DNA of 64,000 nt from Winogradskyella sp. (lineage in GTDB: Bacteria > Bacteroidota > Bacteroidia > Flavobacteriales > Flavobacteriaceae). A program made the position numbers and the translations under genes. The notes below the pieces were generated by a model that worked only from the letters and a program-made list of their open reading frames with translations, was not told the origin of the DNA and made no database searches. Positions within the stretch are counted from its first letter, which is position 1. Each line of letters starts with the position of its first letter. The stretch spans positions 181,768 to 245,767 of the forward strand of contig CBDDLD010000004.1 in assembly GCA_965230605.1 (NCBI GenBank), in the 5' to 3' direction. Of this stretch, positions 10,742 to 19,500 are shown piece by piece.

Positions 10742-11276
10742 AATCTTCTTTTTTTAATTCGTACCAGGCAATCTTAGCGCCGCCATGGTATATAAAATGA
10801 TTTACAAATTTTAAACCGATTTTCTGAAGCACCTTATTAGAGGCTATATTCTCTACTTCAGCGGCACCATACATAGTGTCAATATTAAGAACATTAAAAC
10901 CATATTTTAAAGTTTCAAAGGAGGACTCAGAGGCATAGCCTTTACCCCAATATTTTGGTAAAAAGCGATACCCAATATCATAAAAATCAGTATACCCGTT
11001 TAAAGCTTCTTTTTCACCGGCATTCATTTTTATACCTGACCAGCCAATAAAATCGCCAGTTGCTTTTTCAATGGCCACCCATCGCCCTATACCATGATTT
11101 CTATATTGCTCAAGAATATAGGCTACATAATCTTCGGCCTGTTTTTTAGTAGTGAGCGGAGTGTTCCCTAAATACTTATGGACTAGAGGATCGGAATCTA
11201 ATTCGAAAATATGATCCACATCGGCCATGGTAAATGCTCTTAATATTAAGCGCTCAGTTTCTGCGTATATATTCAT
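10722..11276 (-). CDS. GNAT family N-acetyltransferase (RimJ/RimL-like)
   Basis: GNAT fold motifs (RWVAIEK...GDFIGWSGI, GKGYASES). Confidence 0.7.
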   Translation of the reverse strand: MNIYAETERLILRAFTMADVDHIFELDSDPLVHKYLGNTPLTTKKQAEDYVAYILEQYRNHGIGRWVAIEKATGDFIGWSGIKMNAGEKEALNGYTDFYDIGYRFLPKYWGKGYASESSFETLKYGFNVLNIDTMYGAAEVENIASNKVLQKIGLKFVNHFIYHGGAKIAWYELKKEDYAKTMS

Positions 11277-11279
11277 AAC

Positions 11280-11804
11280 TTATTTAGATACAATTGGAAT
11301 ATATGCTTGCCAGGGCCCAATCTGATCTTTGTATTGTTTCGCCATTACTCTTGCAATTTGTGCCATATGCCCCAGATCGTGTACGACCCATGTCGATAGT
11401 AAATTCTTTAAAGTAACTTCGCCCAACGAAGGATGAATAGCTTTAAGCTGGTACTGATCTTCAGTGATCTGTAATGCTTTTAAATACTTTAAATTCTTTT
11501 CGCGCAATTCTGAAAATGTATTTAGCAATTCTGATAAAGTTTTTCCTTTAGAGGCTTCAAACTGCGCAAAACGATCAAAAGGGGAGAAGGTCTTGTTGTC
11601 AGAATCGCCTAAAATGATATCTAATCTAGCGATCCAATCTGTTTTTTCACCATGAATTAAATGACCAACAATATCAAAAGCGCTCCAGGACTCTCCACCT
11701 TCATTACAATGAATCCACTCATCAGACAAGTTGCTTAGGTATGCTTCTAGTGTCTTGGGCGTTTGTTCTAATATTTCTATGGCCTGTTGTACGTTGTATT
11801 CCAT
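11280..11804 (-). CDS. DinB-family (DinB_2) metal-dependent hydrolase-like protein
   Basis: His triad pattern HLIHGEK ... HDLGHMAQI typical of the DinB/YfiT superfamily. Confidence 0.65.
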   Translation of the reverse strand: MEYNVQQAIEILEQTPKTLEAYLSNLSDEWIHCNEGGESWSAFDIVGHLIHGEKTDWIARLDIILGDSDNKTFSPFDRFAQFEASKGKTLSELLNTFSELREKNLKYLKALQITEDQYQLKAIHPSLGEVTLKNLLSTWVVHDLGHMAQIARVMAKQYKDQIGPWQAYIPIVSK

Positions 11805-11817
11805 TTCACATTATATA

Positions 11818-12168
11818 TTAATTGTACCAAACCGCATAACGTTGTCGCCTTAATTCTAAGGCTAAGGTTTCTTCCATTTTTAGTGCAGCTTCTCTAGTGG
11901 GCAGAGGATCGATATGATTGTATAGGCTCGGCCTCAAATATAAACCATATTTCTGTACAATGCTTGAGGCAATATTATATCCTTTTTTATTCCGGTAACC
12001 GGTCTTATGTTGCATAAACCGTTCTTTCGGCGTTTTACTGGTCATCCCCACATACAGGCATTGTAGGACACCATTAAACTGTGGATTAGCTGCTCTGAAT
12101 CGGGCATGTTCGGTAAACACTTTTTTAGAAAGCTCTACGACGTAAATTCTATATTGGGGTCTGGGCAT
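11818..12168 (-). CDS. GIY-YIG nuclease superfamily small protein
   Basis: RIYVV ... LYVGMTSKTPKERFMQHKTG resembles a GIY / YIG / R..H core with an insertion. 116 aa stand-alone protein. Confidence 0.45.
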   Translation of the reverse strand: MPRPQYRIYVVELSKKVFTEHARFRAANPQFNGVLQCLYVGMTSKTPKERFMQHKTGYRNKKGYNIASSIVQKYGLYLRPSLYNHIDPLPTREAALKMEETLALELRRQRYAVWYN

Positions 12169-12219
12169 GATTTATAACTTATGATAACAATAATATAGGG
12201 ATCTATATACTATTTTACA

Positions 12220-12684
12220 CTATTCAATACTCTTATAAGAAAAGTTGACTTTTAATTCTTCTAAGGCTCTAAATAAGTGCTTTTTTATAAATATTTTGTT
12301 TGCTCCCATTTGTATAGCATAGTCGCCATCATCATAGGGGACTATATTAAAATCAAATGTAGCACTATCTATATTCTTCTTACCTGTTTCAATATGACAA
12401 AAACAATCTCTAAAAACCCTAATTAAATCCGTAACATCATATATATCAAGACCCTCGTCTCTTCTCACATCATCGCTAAAAGAAACTCTTTTGGAAAAAA
12501 TCTCAGATTTTTTTGTTAAATCCCTCATTATAATAAAGATCTCAATTATTACAGATTTAAAAAACACATTCTCAAACATATTATTATAGTCATTTAAAAT
12601 ACCAGTATCAATTAATTTTTGTACTCGTTCTATATTCATATGAATAGTCGCTTGTTGACGAAAATTTAACTCAGATTCACTCAT
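12220..12684 (-). CDS. Hypothetical protein (154 aa), AT-rich accessory gene
   Basis: ORF only. No recognisable motif. Sits in a low-GC island next to the IS1595 transposase. Confidence 0.35.
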   Translation of the reverse strand: MSESELNFRQQATIHMNIERVQKLIDTGILNDYNNMFENVFFKSVIIEIFIIMRDLTKKSEIFSKRVSFSDDVRRDEGLDIYDVTDLIRVFRDCFCHIETGKKNIDSATFDFNIVPYDDGDYAIQMGANKIFIKKHLFRALEELKVNFSYKSIE

Positions 12685-12759
12685 TATATTAATTTTTTAG
12701 AATTTAATTACACTAAATAATTTTTATTTGTGTAAATATCTACTATATTTGTAATATAG

Positions 12760-13700
12760 ATTGATATAACTATGTTCAACAAAGAAGTAAAATCAATAAT
12801 GGACTTAGTACAGGCGTTCCCAGACGAACAATCCTGTATCGACCACTTGGAGATACTAAGATGGAATGGCAACGTTGTAAGTCCTTTTGATGCTACTTCA
12901 AAAGTCTATAATTGTAAGGGGAATAAATACAAATGTAAGAATACTGGTAAATACTTCAATGTGAAGACGGATACTATTTTTGATAATACTAAAATAGATC
13001 TTAGAAAATGGTTTATGGCTATTTGGTTAGTTACTTCACATAAAAAGGGCATTTCTAGCTTACAATTAGGGCGTGATTTAGGCATAACTCAAAAGTCAGC
13101 ATGGTTTATGTTGCAACGTATTAGAAACTGTTTCGGACTAGATAAAGATGATAAAGAAAAGCTACAGGGTGAAGTTGAGATAGACGAAACTTATGTAGGT
13201 GGTAAATCTTCAAACAGAAGTGCAAAGGTTAGAGCGGACAAATCAGAAGAAACAAAAGAAAAGTATAAGAAATCAGCCGTTTTAGGAATGGTTGAACGTG
13301 ATGGCGATGTTAGAGCAATACATGTTGTTGACGCAACAGAATTATCTTTAGTACCACCAATAGTAAATAACATTTCATTTGATGCTAAGATATATTCGGA
13401 CGAATTGAGGTCATACAGTAAGTTAGAACGAGTTTACGACCACCAAACAGTTAAGCACGGACAAGGCGAGTATGTAAGAGGGAGAGTATCTACAAACTCA
13501 ATAGAGAGCTTTTGGGCGTTATTAAAAAGAGGTATTTACGGGATCTATCATTTTACTTCTAAAAAGCATTTGCAACTTTACGTTGATGAGTTTGTGTTTA
13601 GATATAACACAAGAAAAGGAACTGAGGGACAAAGATTTAATTTACTTTTACAAAACATTGAAAACAGAATTACATATACAGAATTGATAAATGGCTAAGA
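12760..13700 (+). mobile_element. IS1595-family insertion sequence (ends not resolved), possibly carrying a downstream passenger gene
   Basis: The transposase gene is present. Terminal inverted repeats and target-site duplications could not be located by eye, so the boundaries are approximate. Confidence 0.4.
12772..13698 (+). CDS. IS1595 family transposase (N-terminal zinc-ribbon plus DDE_Tnp_IS1595 domain)
   Basis: The LRWNGNVV.P....YNCKG.KYKCKNTGK.FNV..DTIFDNTKIDLRKWFMAIWLVTSHKKGISSLQL.RDLGITQKSAWFM motif matches the IS1595/ISXO2 transposase N-terminus. The VEIDETYVGGK motif marks the start of the DDE domain. Confidence 0.85.
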   Translation: MFNKEVKSIMDLVQAFPDEQSCIDHLEILRWNGNVVSPFDATSKVYNCKGNKYKCKNTGKYFNVKTDTIFDNTKIDLRKWFMAIWLVTSHKKGISSLQLGRDLGITQKSAWFMLQRIRNCFGLDKDDKEKLQGEVEIDETYVGGKSSNRSAKVRADKSEETKEKYKKSAVLGMVERDGDVRAIHVVDATELSLVPPIVNNISFDAKIYSDELRSYSKLERVYDHQTVKHGQGEYVRGRVSTNSIESFWALLKRGIYGIYHFTSKKHLQLYVDEFVFRYNTRKGTEGQRFNLLLQNIENRITYTELING

Positions 13701-14647
13701 AATTAAAAGCAACCCATGAGGGTAAATTAAAAATAGGAGAAACAGAACTTAATGTTGCTGTTTTAGAAGATGGCACAAGAGTAATAACTCAATCTGCTGT
13801 ATTTAAGGCATTTGGAAGAACTAAAAGAGGTAGGGCAAAAAGTGATGTTAGGGTGCTCAATAGACCAGCTTTTGTTGATGCAAAAAACCTACAACCTTTT
13901 ATTGATGAGGGATTAGAGGAGGTGCTCAACCTGATAGAGTATAAGTCTAAAAGTGGAGTTGTGACAGAAGGTTATAATGCAGAAATACTACCTAGATTAT
14001 GTAAGCTTTACTTAGATGCAAGGAATAGTATGAGTTTAGTTAAGCAGCAACTTCCTTTAGCAAGGGCTAGTGAAGTTTTGCTTATTGCACTATCTAAAGT
14101 TGGTATTACTGCACTAGTAGATGAAGCTACTGGATATCAGTATGAAAGAGAAAGGCACGAATTACAGAAGATACTTAAACAGTATATCGCAGAGGAGCTA
14201 TTACCTTGGCAAAAAACATTTCCAGATGAGTTTTACATTCAAATATTTAGATTAAAAGGATGGGAGTATAATGCTCAAACAATAAAGAAAAGACCAGGTG
14301 TTGTAGGTCATTGGACTAATAATTTAATATACAAGCAATTACCTAAAGGTGTATTAAATGAGCTAAAAAGTAAAACGCCAAAAAGTGATGCTGGTAACTA
14401 CACCGCGAGGTTTTTTCAATCTTTAACTCCTGAAATAGGAAGCCCTCATTTACAAAATCAACTTGTCTCTGTAATAACACTAATGAAAGTATCAAGAGAC
14501 TGGGAAGATTTTATGAGGAACTTTAATAAACTATATGGGCAAACTGAAATTGAGTTTCCTAATAATGATGAAAAAAAAAATGAATTAAGCAATTTCAATA
14601 AAAATCTAAAAAAAGGATTAGGATGGAATCCTAAAGATAGCGAATGA
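13691..14647 (+). CDS. Phage-associated hypothetical protein (P63C-domain-like)
   Basis: Its start overlaps the transposase stop by 8 nt (ATGGCTAAG within AATGGCTAA), indicating translational coupling. The N-terminal region resembles P63C-type phage proteins. This is recalled from memory and could not be verified. Confidence 0.4.
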   Translation: MAKKLKATHEGKLKIGETELNVAVLEDGTRVITQSAVFKAFGRTKRGRAKSDVRVLNRPAFVDAKNLQPFIDEGLEEVLNLIEYKSKSGVVTEGYNAEILPRLCKLYLDARNSMSLVKQQLPLARASEVLLIALSKVGITALVDEATGYQYERERHELQKILKQYIAEELLPWQKTFPDEFYIQIFRLKGWEYNAQTIKKRPGVVGHWTNNLIYKQLPKGVLNELKSKTPKSDAGNYTARFFQSLTPEIGSPHLQNQLVSVITLMKVSRDWEDFMRNFNKLYGQTEIEFPNNDEKKNELSNFNKNLKKGLGWNPKDSE

Positions 14648-14656
14648 TAATAAAAG

Positions 14657-14800
14657 TTATTGTTCTTTATCCTCTTTTTCCTTTTTTGCGTCCCGAAAGT
14701 TCCTCATTTCAATCCTAAATTTTATAATAGTCGTGGCTAAAACTAAAATTGCTGTTATAAATGCGATTATCCCCAAGAATACTTTTAAATATATTTCCAT
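14657..14800 (-). CDS. Candidate small membrane protein (47 aa, MEIYLKVFLGIIAFITAILVLATTIIKFRIEMRNFRDAKKEKEDKEQ)
   Basis: Unannotated minus-strand ORF. It has a single TM helix followed by a charged, Lys/Glu-rich tail, and lies between the P63C-like gene and ssb. Confidence 0.3.
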   Translation of the reverse strand: MEIYLKVFLGIIAFITAILVLATTIIKFRIEMRNFRDAKKEKEDKEQ

Positions 14801-15390
14801 AACTTTTTGGTTTTATAGTCATGTCAAATAGTCCAAATGTTATGCCTTTTGATTTTTTTATGTGTATTCTCTTACAAATATTTTTTTTAAGCCATTTTTA
14901 GTTAAAAAAATTAACATTTAAGGACGAAAAATGCCCAAAATATATGGCATAATATTTGTAGTAAGATGGCTGATTATCAATATTATATATTAGTATCTTT
15001 ACTAAATGGAATTAGTGATTATGTTAGTAGAATAATCACTATTCACAACGCTCATTGAAACGCAAGAATCTAATTTGACTTCAGGTCGGTAAGAACTCAT
15101 ATAAGAGGGTTCTGAATTAGTGGAATCCTACTTTATGGATTGGACAACTTGTATACTTCAAAAAAAATGGATACTCCCATATCCGAAATTAAACTTTACT
15201 TATTGGTGTAAACTGATATATAGTTCCCATAATATACAATTTATTAATCATTTCCAAACGACTACAATCGTTTACAAACGAATTTAAATAGGTAACTACC
15301 GAATAATCCTTGCGTCGTATCTCATCTTTGCAGTGTTGAATCTATGGAGGTTTAATAGTATTAACTGTTTAACATTAAAATTTAGAAAAC

Positions 15391-15723
15391 ATGAGTACAT
15401 TAAGAAACAAAGTACAGTTGATTGGTAATTTAGGAAACGACCCGGAGATCATTAATTTGGAGTCTGGGAAACTATTGGCAAAGTTCAATATTGCCACTAA
15501 TGAGAGCTATAAGAATGCCCAAGGCGACAAGATCACTGAAACCCAGTGGCATAATGTTGTGGCTTGGGGGAAAACAGCAGAGATCATAGAAAAATATGTG
15601 ACTAAAGGTAAAGAAGTCGCTATCGAGGGCAAGCTTACCTCGCGTAGTTATGAAGATAAAGAAGGAAACAAACGCTATATCACCGAAGTGGTTTGTAATG
15701 AATTGTTGATGTTAAGTAAATAA
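15391..15723 (+). CDS. ssb: Single-stranded DNA-binding protein (short, 110 aa, OB-fold only)
   Basis: LIGNLGNDPEI ... TQWHNVVAWGKTAEI OB-fold signature. Lacks the long acidic C-tail of E. coli SSB. Confidence 0.8.
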   Translation: MSTLRNKVQLIGNLGNDPEIINLESGKLLAKFNIATNESYKNAQGDKITETQWHNVVAWGKTAEIIEKYVTKGKEVAIEGKLTSRSYEDKEGNKRYITEVVCNELLMLSK

Positions 15724-15737
15724 ACTAAAGACAATAA

Positions 15738-15770
15738 AAAAAGCGCAGAATTGAACTGCGCTTTTTTTAT
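15738..15770. terminator. Bidirectional rho-independent terminator
   Basis: aaaaaaGCGCAGaattgaaCTGCGCttttttt, sitting between the convergent ssb gene and the metalloprotease gene. Confidence 0.75.
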
Positions 15771-15784
15771 GGGTTATATAGATA

Positions 15785-17197
15785 TTAGTTTTTAACTAAT
15801 TTTCTTGTGATATTATTTCCTGTTGTTTTATTGGTCAATTGAAGGAAGTATAATGCGTCTCCTAATTGACTTAAATTAGACAAGGTAATCTCGCCATTAA
15901 TATTGGATGCTTCTTTAGTTAAAATGATACGACCATTAACATCAATAATAGAAATGTCGTAATCGTCATTACTAAGCCTTCTAGGGATATTTACAGTAAT
16001 CGTTTCAGTAAAAGGATTTGGGCCTATTTCTATTTCCTCTAAGGCTACTTCGTCAACACTTAAACTACGATCACAAAGTGTCCATCCCATATCTTCCATA
16101 AACCCTAGGTTGATTTCGCCAGGTTGATGTATAGCTTCTCCCGGAGCAACAGAAGGTGTCATTAATGCGTTTTGCGTACCATTAAATGTGGCTTCATCCC
16201 AGTGGCTATAACTTGATCCTGTTTGGAAAGTTCCAGGTGCAAATGTTGCGGGCTGAACACCACCGTTTTGTCCAACAGCAATTGGCCCTCTAGATGTAAG
16301 CTCTCCACTTGTCATTGCTCCTAGTAATGCCGCTGAAGGATCAGGGAAACCAAAAGGAGGTGTTTCATCTAAAATAGGGATAAGGTTATTTAAGATGTCC
16401 TCAGCATCTATAAAAGTGTCCCAGATGCTTACAAGCACTGGAGGCGTAGCTGGGTTTCCATCATTATCACGTCTTATGAATCCTTGAGTTCCATCTGGCG
16501 TTACAGCACCTAATCCTAGGACGCCTAAACCATGACCTAATTCGTGTAATACTACTGTAACAAAATCGATTTGCCCAGGAGGAGTATTACCATCAGTACC
16601 AAAATAGAAATTAGCAGTACTACTAAATGTGGCATTAATGTCGTTACTTGTTCCACCGGGACCATCTGTGTCTTCTCCAAGAATTTGCTCTGCTAAAGGC
16701 GCAGGAAATAATGTGTTAGGAGGGATTCCAGGACCTGTTAATACAAAAAATCCGTCAGGACCTGCGCCACCTAAAACGCCAGGATTTAAAGGTCCAAATT
16801 GAGCATTTACTCTAATTGGCACAGAGGAATCTAATTCATTCTCCCAAATCTCAACAGCAAATTGAAAAGCAGCTTCAGCTTGAGGAGTAAAACCATTGTA
16901 TGTTACTATAAAATTTGAGCAAGGTGCTTGTCGGCTTTCCATACGTTGTGCAACACGCTCAGACCTTGGCAAATAAAAATCCACAGATTCTTCAGAGGGC
17001 GTGTAAGGGCAACTATGGTATTCGACTTCAATTTTTCCACTCGCTAGGGTAGCCCTTTGTGCATAGGAAAATGCCACCATAAGCATAAATGTTATGGCAA
17101 AAATACTTTTAAAGTAGTTAGTTTTCATGTTCTTCAGATTTTGTTCTTTTTTACAATTTTGTCGTAAAAATATTAAAACACTAACTGAAAAACTCAA
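15785..17197 (-). CDS. Secreted zinc metalloprotease with T9SS C-terminal sorting domain
   Basis: HELGHGLG zinc-binding motif and a C-terminal domain of about 80 aa ending KLVKN that is typical of a T9SS CTD. The true start is probably the internal Met (MKTNYFKSIF, about 17128), which is followed by a signal peptide. Confidence 0.65.
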   Translation of the reverse strand: MSFSVSVLIFLRQNCKKEQNLKNMKTNYFKSIFAITFMLMVAFSYAQRATLASGKIEVEYHSCPYTPSEESVDFYLPRSERVAQRMESRQAPCSNFIVTYNGFTPQAEAAFQFAVEIWENELDSSVPIRVNAQFGPLNPGVLGGAGPDGFFVLTGPGIPPNTLFPAPLAEQILGEDTDGPGGTSNDINATFSSTANFYFGTDGNTPPGQIDFVTVVLHELGHGLGVLGLGAVTPDGTQGFIRRDNDGNPATPPVLVSIWDTFIDAEDILNNLIPILDETPPFGFPDPSAALLGAMTSGELTSRGPIAVGQNGGVQPATFAPGTFQTGSSYSHWDEATFNGTQNALMTPSVAPGEAIHQPGEINLGFMEDMGWTLCDRSLSVDEVALEEIEIGPNPFTETITVNIPRRLSNDDYDISIIDVNGRIILTKEASNINGEITLSNLSQLGDALYFLQLTNKTTGNNITRKLVKN

Positions 17198-17204
17198 TCG
17201 TTAA

Positions 17205-17245
17205 CAAAAAAAATGCGGCTTATTTATATAAACCGCATTTCCATT
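17205..17245 (-). terminator. Rho-independent terminator (minus strand) downstream of 17267..17659
   Basis: Minus-strand reading gives aaATGCGGtttatataaataaGCCGCATttttttt. Confidence 0.6.
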
Positions 17246-17266
17246 AACTAATCAATCAATAAAAAA

Positions 17267-17659
17267 CTACTCTACAGTTAAAGTATATTTTGGTGTTGGA
17301 TTTAATGGACAGAAATAAACATATTCGCCTTTTTTCAACACTGTTACATTAGAAGTTTCTTTATTATTATTGTCTACAGCTTTTGTTACATAGGCTGTTT
17401 TGATGTGTGCATCCGGATTAGATTTAGGCGCTAAAACAAAGCCTACTTGGTGCCCTACATTGTTATTTGAGATTTCAAAAATGTAAGATCCCTCTTTAAG
17501 TGTTATAGCCTTTTGAGTAAATTCTCCTTTAGTTTGCTCTAAAGACACAATTTTGGTTTTTTCTCCTTTCATCATAGCATCTTTTTTCATGCTATCCTGA
17601 GCATTAGAATTTAATGTAAATGCTAATGCGATTACTATTAGTGATATGATTTTTTTCAT
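17267..17659 (-). CDS. Small secreted protein, possible cupredoxin-like fold
   Basis: Signal peptide. Contains His (VGHQVGF) and a C-terminal YFCPLNP motif. The canonical Cys-x-x-His-x-x-Met copper-ligand spacing is not present, so the assignment is weak. Confidence 0.35.
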   Translation of the reverse strand: MKKIISLIVIALAFTLNSNAQDSMKKDAMMKGEKTKIVSLEQTKGEFTQKAITLKEGSYIFEISNNNVGHQVGFVLAPKSNPDAHIKTAYVTKAVDNNNKETSNVTVLKKGEYVYFCPLNPTPKYTLTVE

Positions 17660-17697
17660 GACTTTATATATTTATATTTTGGTGGTTATTATTATAA

Positions 17698-18246
17698 TTA
17701 CGCAGTAGTTGTTTCTAATGGCTGTGCCACTGGAAAGTCTACAGGAACTTGAGTTGTACTATGGATGTAATTTGAGATGGTCTTATCTCCTACAAGAACA
17801 ATAGTGTCAATTAAATTACCTTTTGTATATCCGGCATTTAAGAAGTTCTCTACAACAGACTCATCAGCTCTTCCACGATTTTCTGTAACGTTTTTAGCCA
17901 ATTTTGCTAAAGCGTCTAACTTATTGCTTGCTGTTGAATACCCACCTCTTAATTCTAAGATTTCTTCATCAGTGAAACCATTCATTTTACCAATTGCAGT
18001 GTGCGCAGATAAACAGTAGATACACTCATTTACTTGACTTACAGCTAAGTTAACCACTTCTTTTTCTTTTGCAGATAATGAGGTTTTAGCATTGGCAAAG
18101 GTTAAATAGTTCTCTAATGCTGTATCGCTATGTGCATATGTAGCATATAAGTTAGGAACAAACCCTAAAGCTTTATTAAGGTTGTCAAAAATAGCTTGAT
18201 TATTCTCGCTTACTTCTTCTCTAGTTGGAACATTAAATGTGCTCAT
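17698..18246 (-). CDS. Carboxymuconolactone decarboxylase family protein (AhpD-like alkylhydroperoxidase core)
   Basis: CIYCLSAHT motif (the CxxC...H signature of the AhpD family). Confidence 0.7.
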   Translation of the reverse strand: MSTFNVPTREEVSENNQAIFDNLNKALGFVPNLYATYAHSDTALENYLTFANAKTSLSAKEKEVVNLAVSQVNECIYCLSAHTAIGKMNGFTDEEILELRGGYSTASNKLDALAKLAKNVTENRGRADESVVENFLNAGYTKGNLIDTIVLVGDKTISNYIHSTTQVPVDFPVAQPLETTTA

Positions 18247-18340
18247 AATTTTAAATATTTAGATTTGATTTTTATTGTTATAATTTGATACTACAAAGCT
18301 CCGCATTAAACAGATTGTAATACACAGTCAGATTTCCCTA

Positions 18341-18523
18341 TCACATGTCAATTTTTCCCTCTTCAGCTGTTTTGCTTAAAAATGGTTTTTCAGCATCGCA
18401 ATAGAAGTCATGGACATGCTTCTGCTCACAGTGTGTTTTAGGGCTAATGGTAGAAATTAATTGCTTTCTTCCTGATCTGAATATTTCAATAAGATTGAAA
18501 ATGGATTTATGTGGTATTGTCAT
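18341..18523 (-). CDS. Small hypothetical His/Cys-containing protein (60 aa)
   Basis: ORF with an HCEQKHVHDFYCD segment. Flanked by two copies of a 15-nt direct repeat. Real expression is uncertain. Confidence 0.25.
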   Translation of the reverse strand: MTIPHKSIFNLIEIFRSGRKQLISTISPKTHCEQKHVHDFYCDAEKPFLSKTAEEGKIDM

Positions 18524-18614
18524 TACATTATAATTTTAATATTACAATGCAAAGTTCCAAAATGGATACCGATACACGAATGTATATATCACCTATATGC
18601 TTGTCAATTTTTCC

Positions 18615-19457
18615 CTATGCGGAGACTTTAAGCTGTTTTTTGAAGTCGGAAGGAGAAAGCGATGTGTGTTTTTTAAATATTCTGCTGAGATGAGAAGGGT
18701 CGTCAAAACCTAATTCGTAAGCAATTTGCTTAGCAGTTTTATCTGTGTAGATAAACAGACGTTTGGCTTCAAGAATGATACGCTCATGAATAATTTGTAG
18801 CGGACTTGTATTCAATTTTGAGAAGTTATTGGATAATGTTTTTGGCGATTTAAATAGTTTTTCAGCATAAAACCCCACACTGTGCTCTGTTCTAAAGTGT
18901 GTTTCAACTAATAAATTAAATGCTCTAAGCAAATCTATTTTAGTGGATTTAGCGGTTTCAAAAACACCTTCTTTAGCTTTTAGTAAGCGTGTGCTTTTAA
19001 TAATAAAACGTGCCATTAGCATACGAAGCATTTCTGCTTGAATATTATCTTTCGTTTCTAACTCATCTATTAAAACCTCGTGAAATGTTTTAAACTTCGG
19101 TCGTTCTTTTTCTGTTAAATGAACGACTGGGATATGTACATTCCCGAAGAACAAAAGACCTACACAACTCACTTCTTCATCATGATCTTTTATACAATAA
19201 AACTCTCTGTTAAATTGATAGACCTTCAGGTTTTCTCCATTTACATATTCTAAATACTGAATCGTAGTCAATGCTAGAATACTATGAGGAGGAATGGTTT
19301 GAGGTATACCATCTACAATAACATTAGCCTCTGAAGTGTCAGTCCAAATGAATGTGAATAGGCCAACTTGTTTAGGGGTCTTATAGGCTGCTAACATGGA
19401 TTGGTCACCTACCTTTAGAAGGGCATTTGTAGAGAATTCATTGAAGTTGTATATCAT
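18615..19457 (-). CDS. AraC family transcriptional regulator
   Basis: C-terminal double HTH (KQIAYELGFDDPSHLSRIFKKHTSLSPSDF). Confidence 0.8.
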   Translation of the reverse strand: MIYNFNEFSTNALLKVGDQSMLAAYKTPKQVGLFTFIWTDTSEANVIVDGIPQTIPPHSILALTTIQYLEYVNGENLKVYQFNREFYCIKDHDEEVSCVGLLFFGNVHIPVVHLTEKERPKFKTFHEVLIDELETKDNIQAEMLRMLMARFIIKSTRLLKAKEGVFETAKSTKIDLLRAFNLLVETHFRTEHSVGFYAEKLFKSPKTLSNNFSKLNTSPLQIIHERIILEAKRLFIYTDKTAKQIAYELGFDDPSHLSRIFKKHTSLSPSDFKKQLKVSA

Positions 19458-19500
19458 GCTATTGTAAGTCTACTATATAGCATAAACATTACAAGGGTTA

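Noticed and set aside
12220-12684. Assigning the 154-aa island protein to an abortive-infection or toxin family
   Set aside because: No motif was recognised. The idea rests on context only, next to the IS element and nuclease, so the protein is left as hypothetical.
15785-17197. Calling the T9SS protease a metzincin (M10/M12) on the basis of HELGHGLG
   Set aside because: The third zinc ligand His of the HExxHxxGxxH metzincin motif is absent (HELGHGLGVLG). Only a generic HExxH zinc metalloprotease call is supported.
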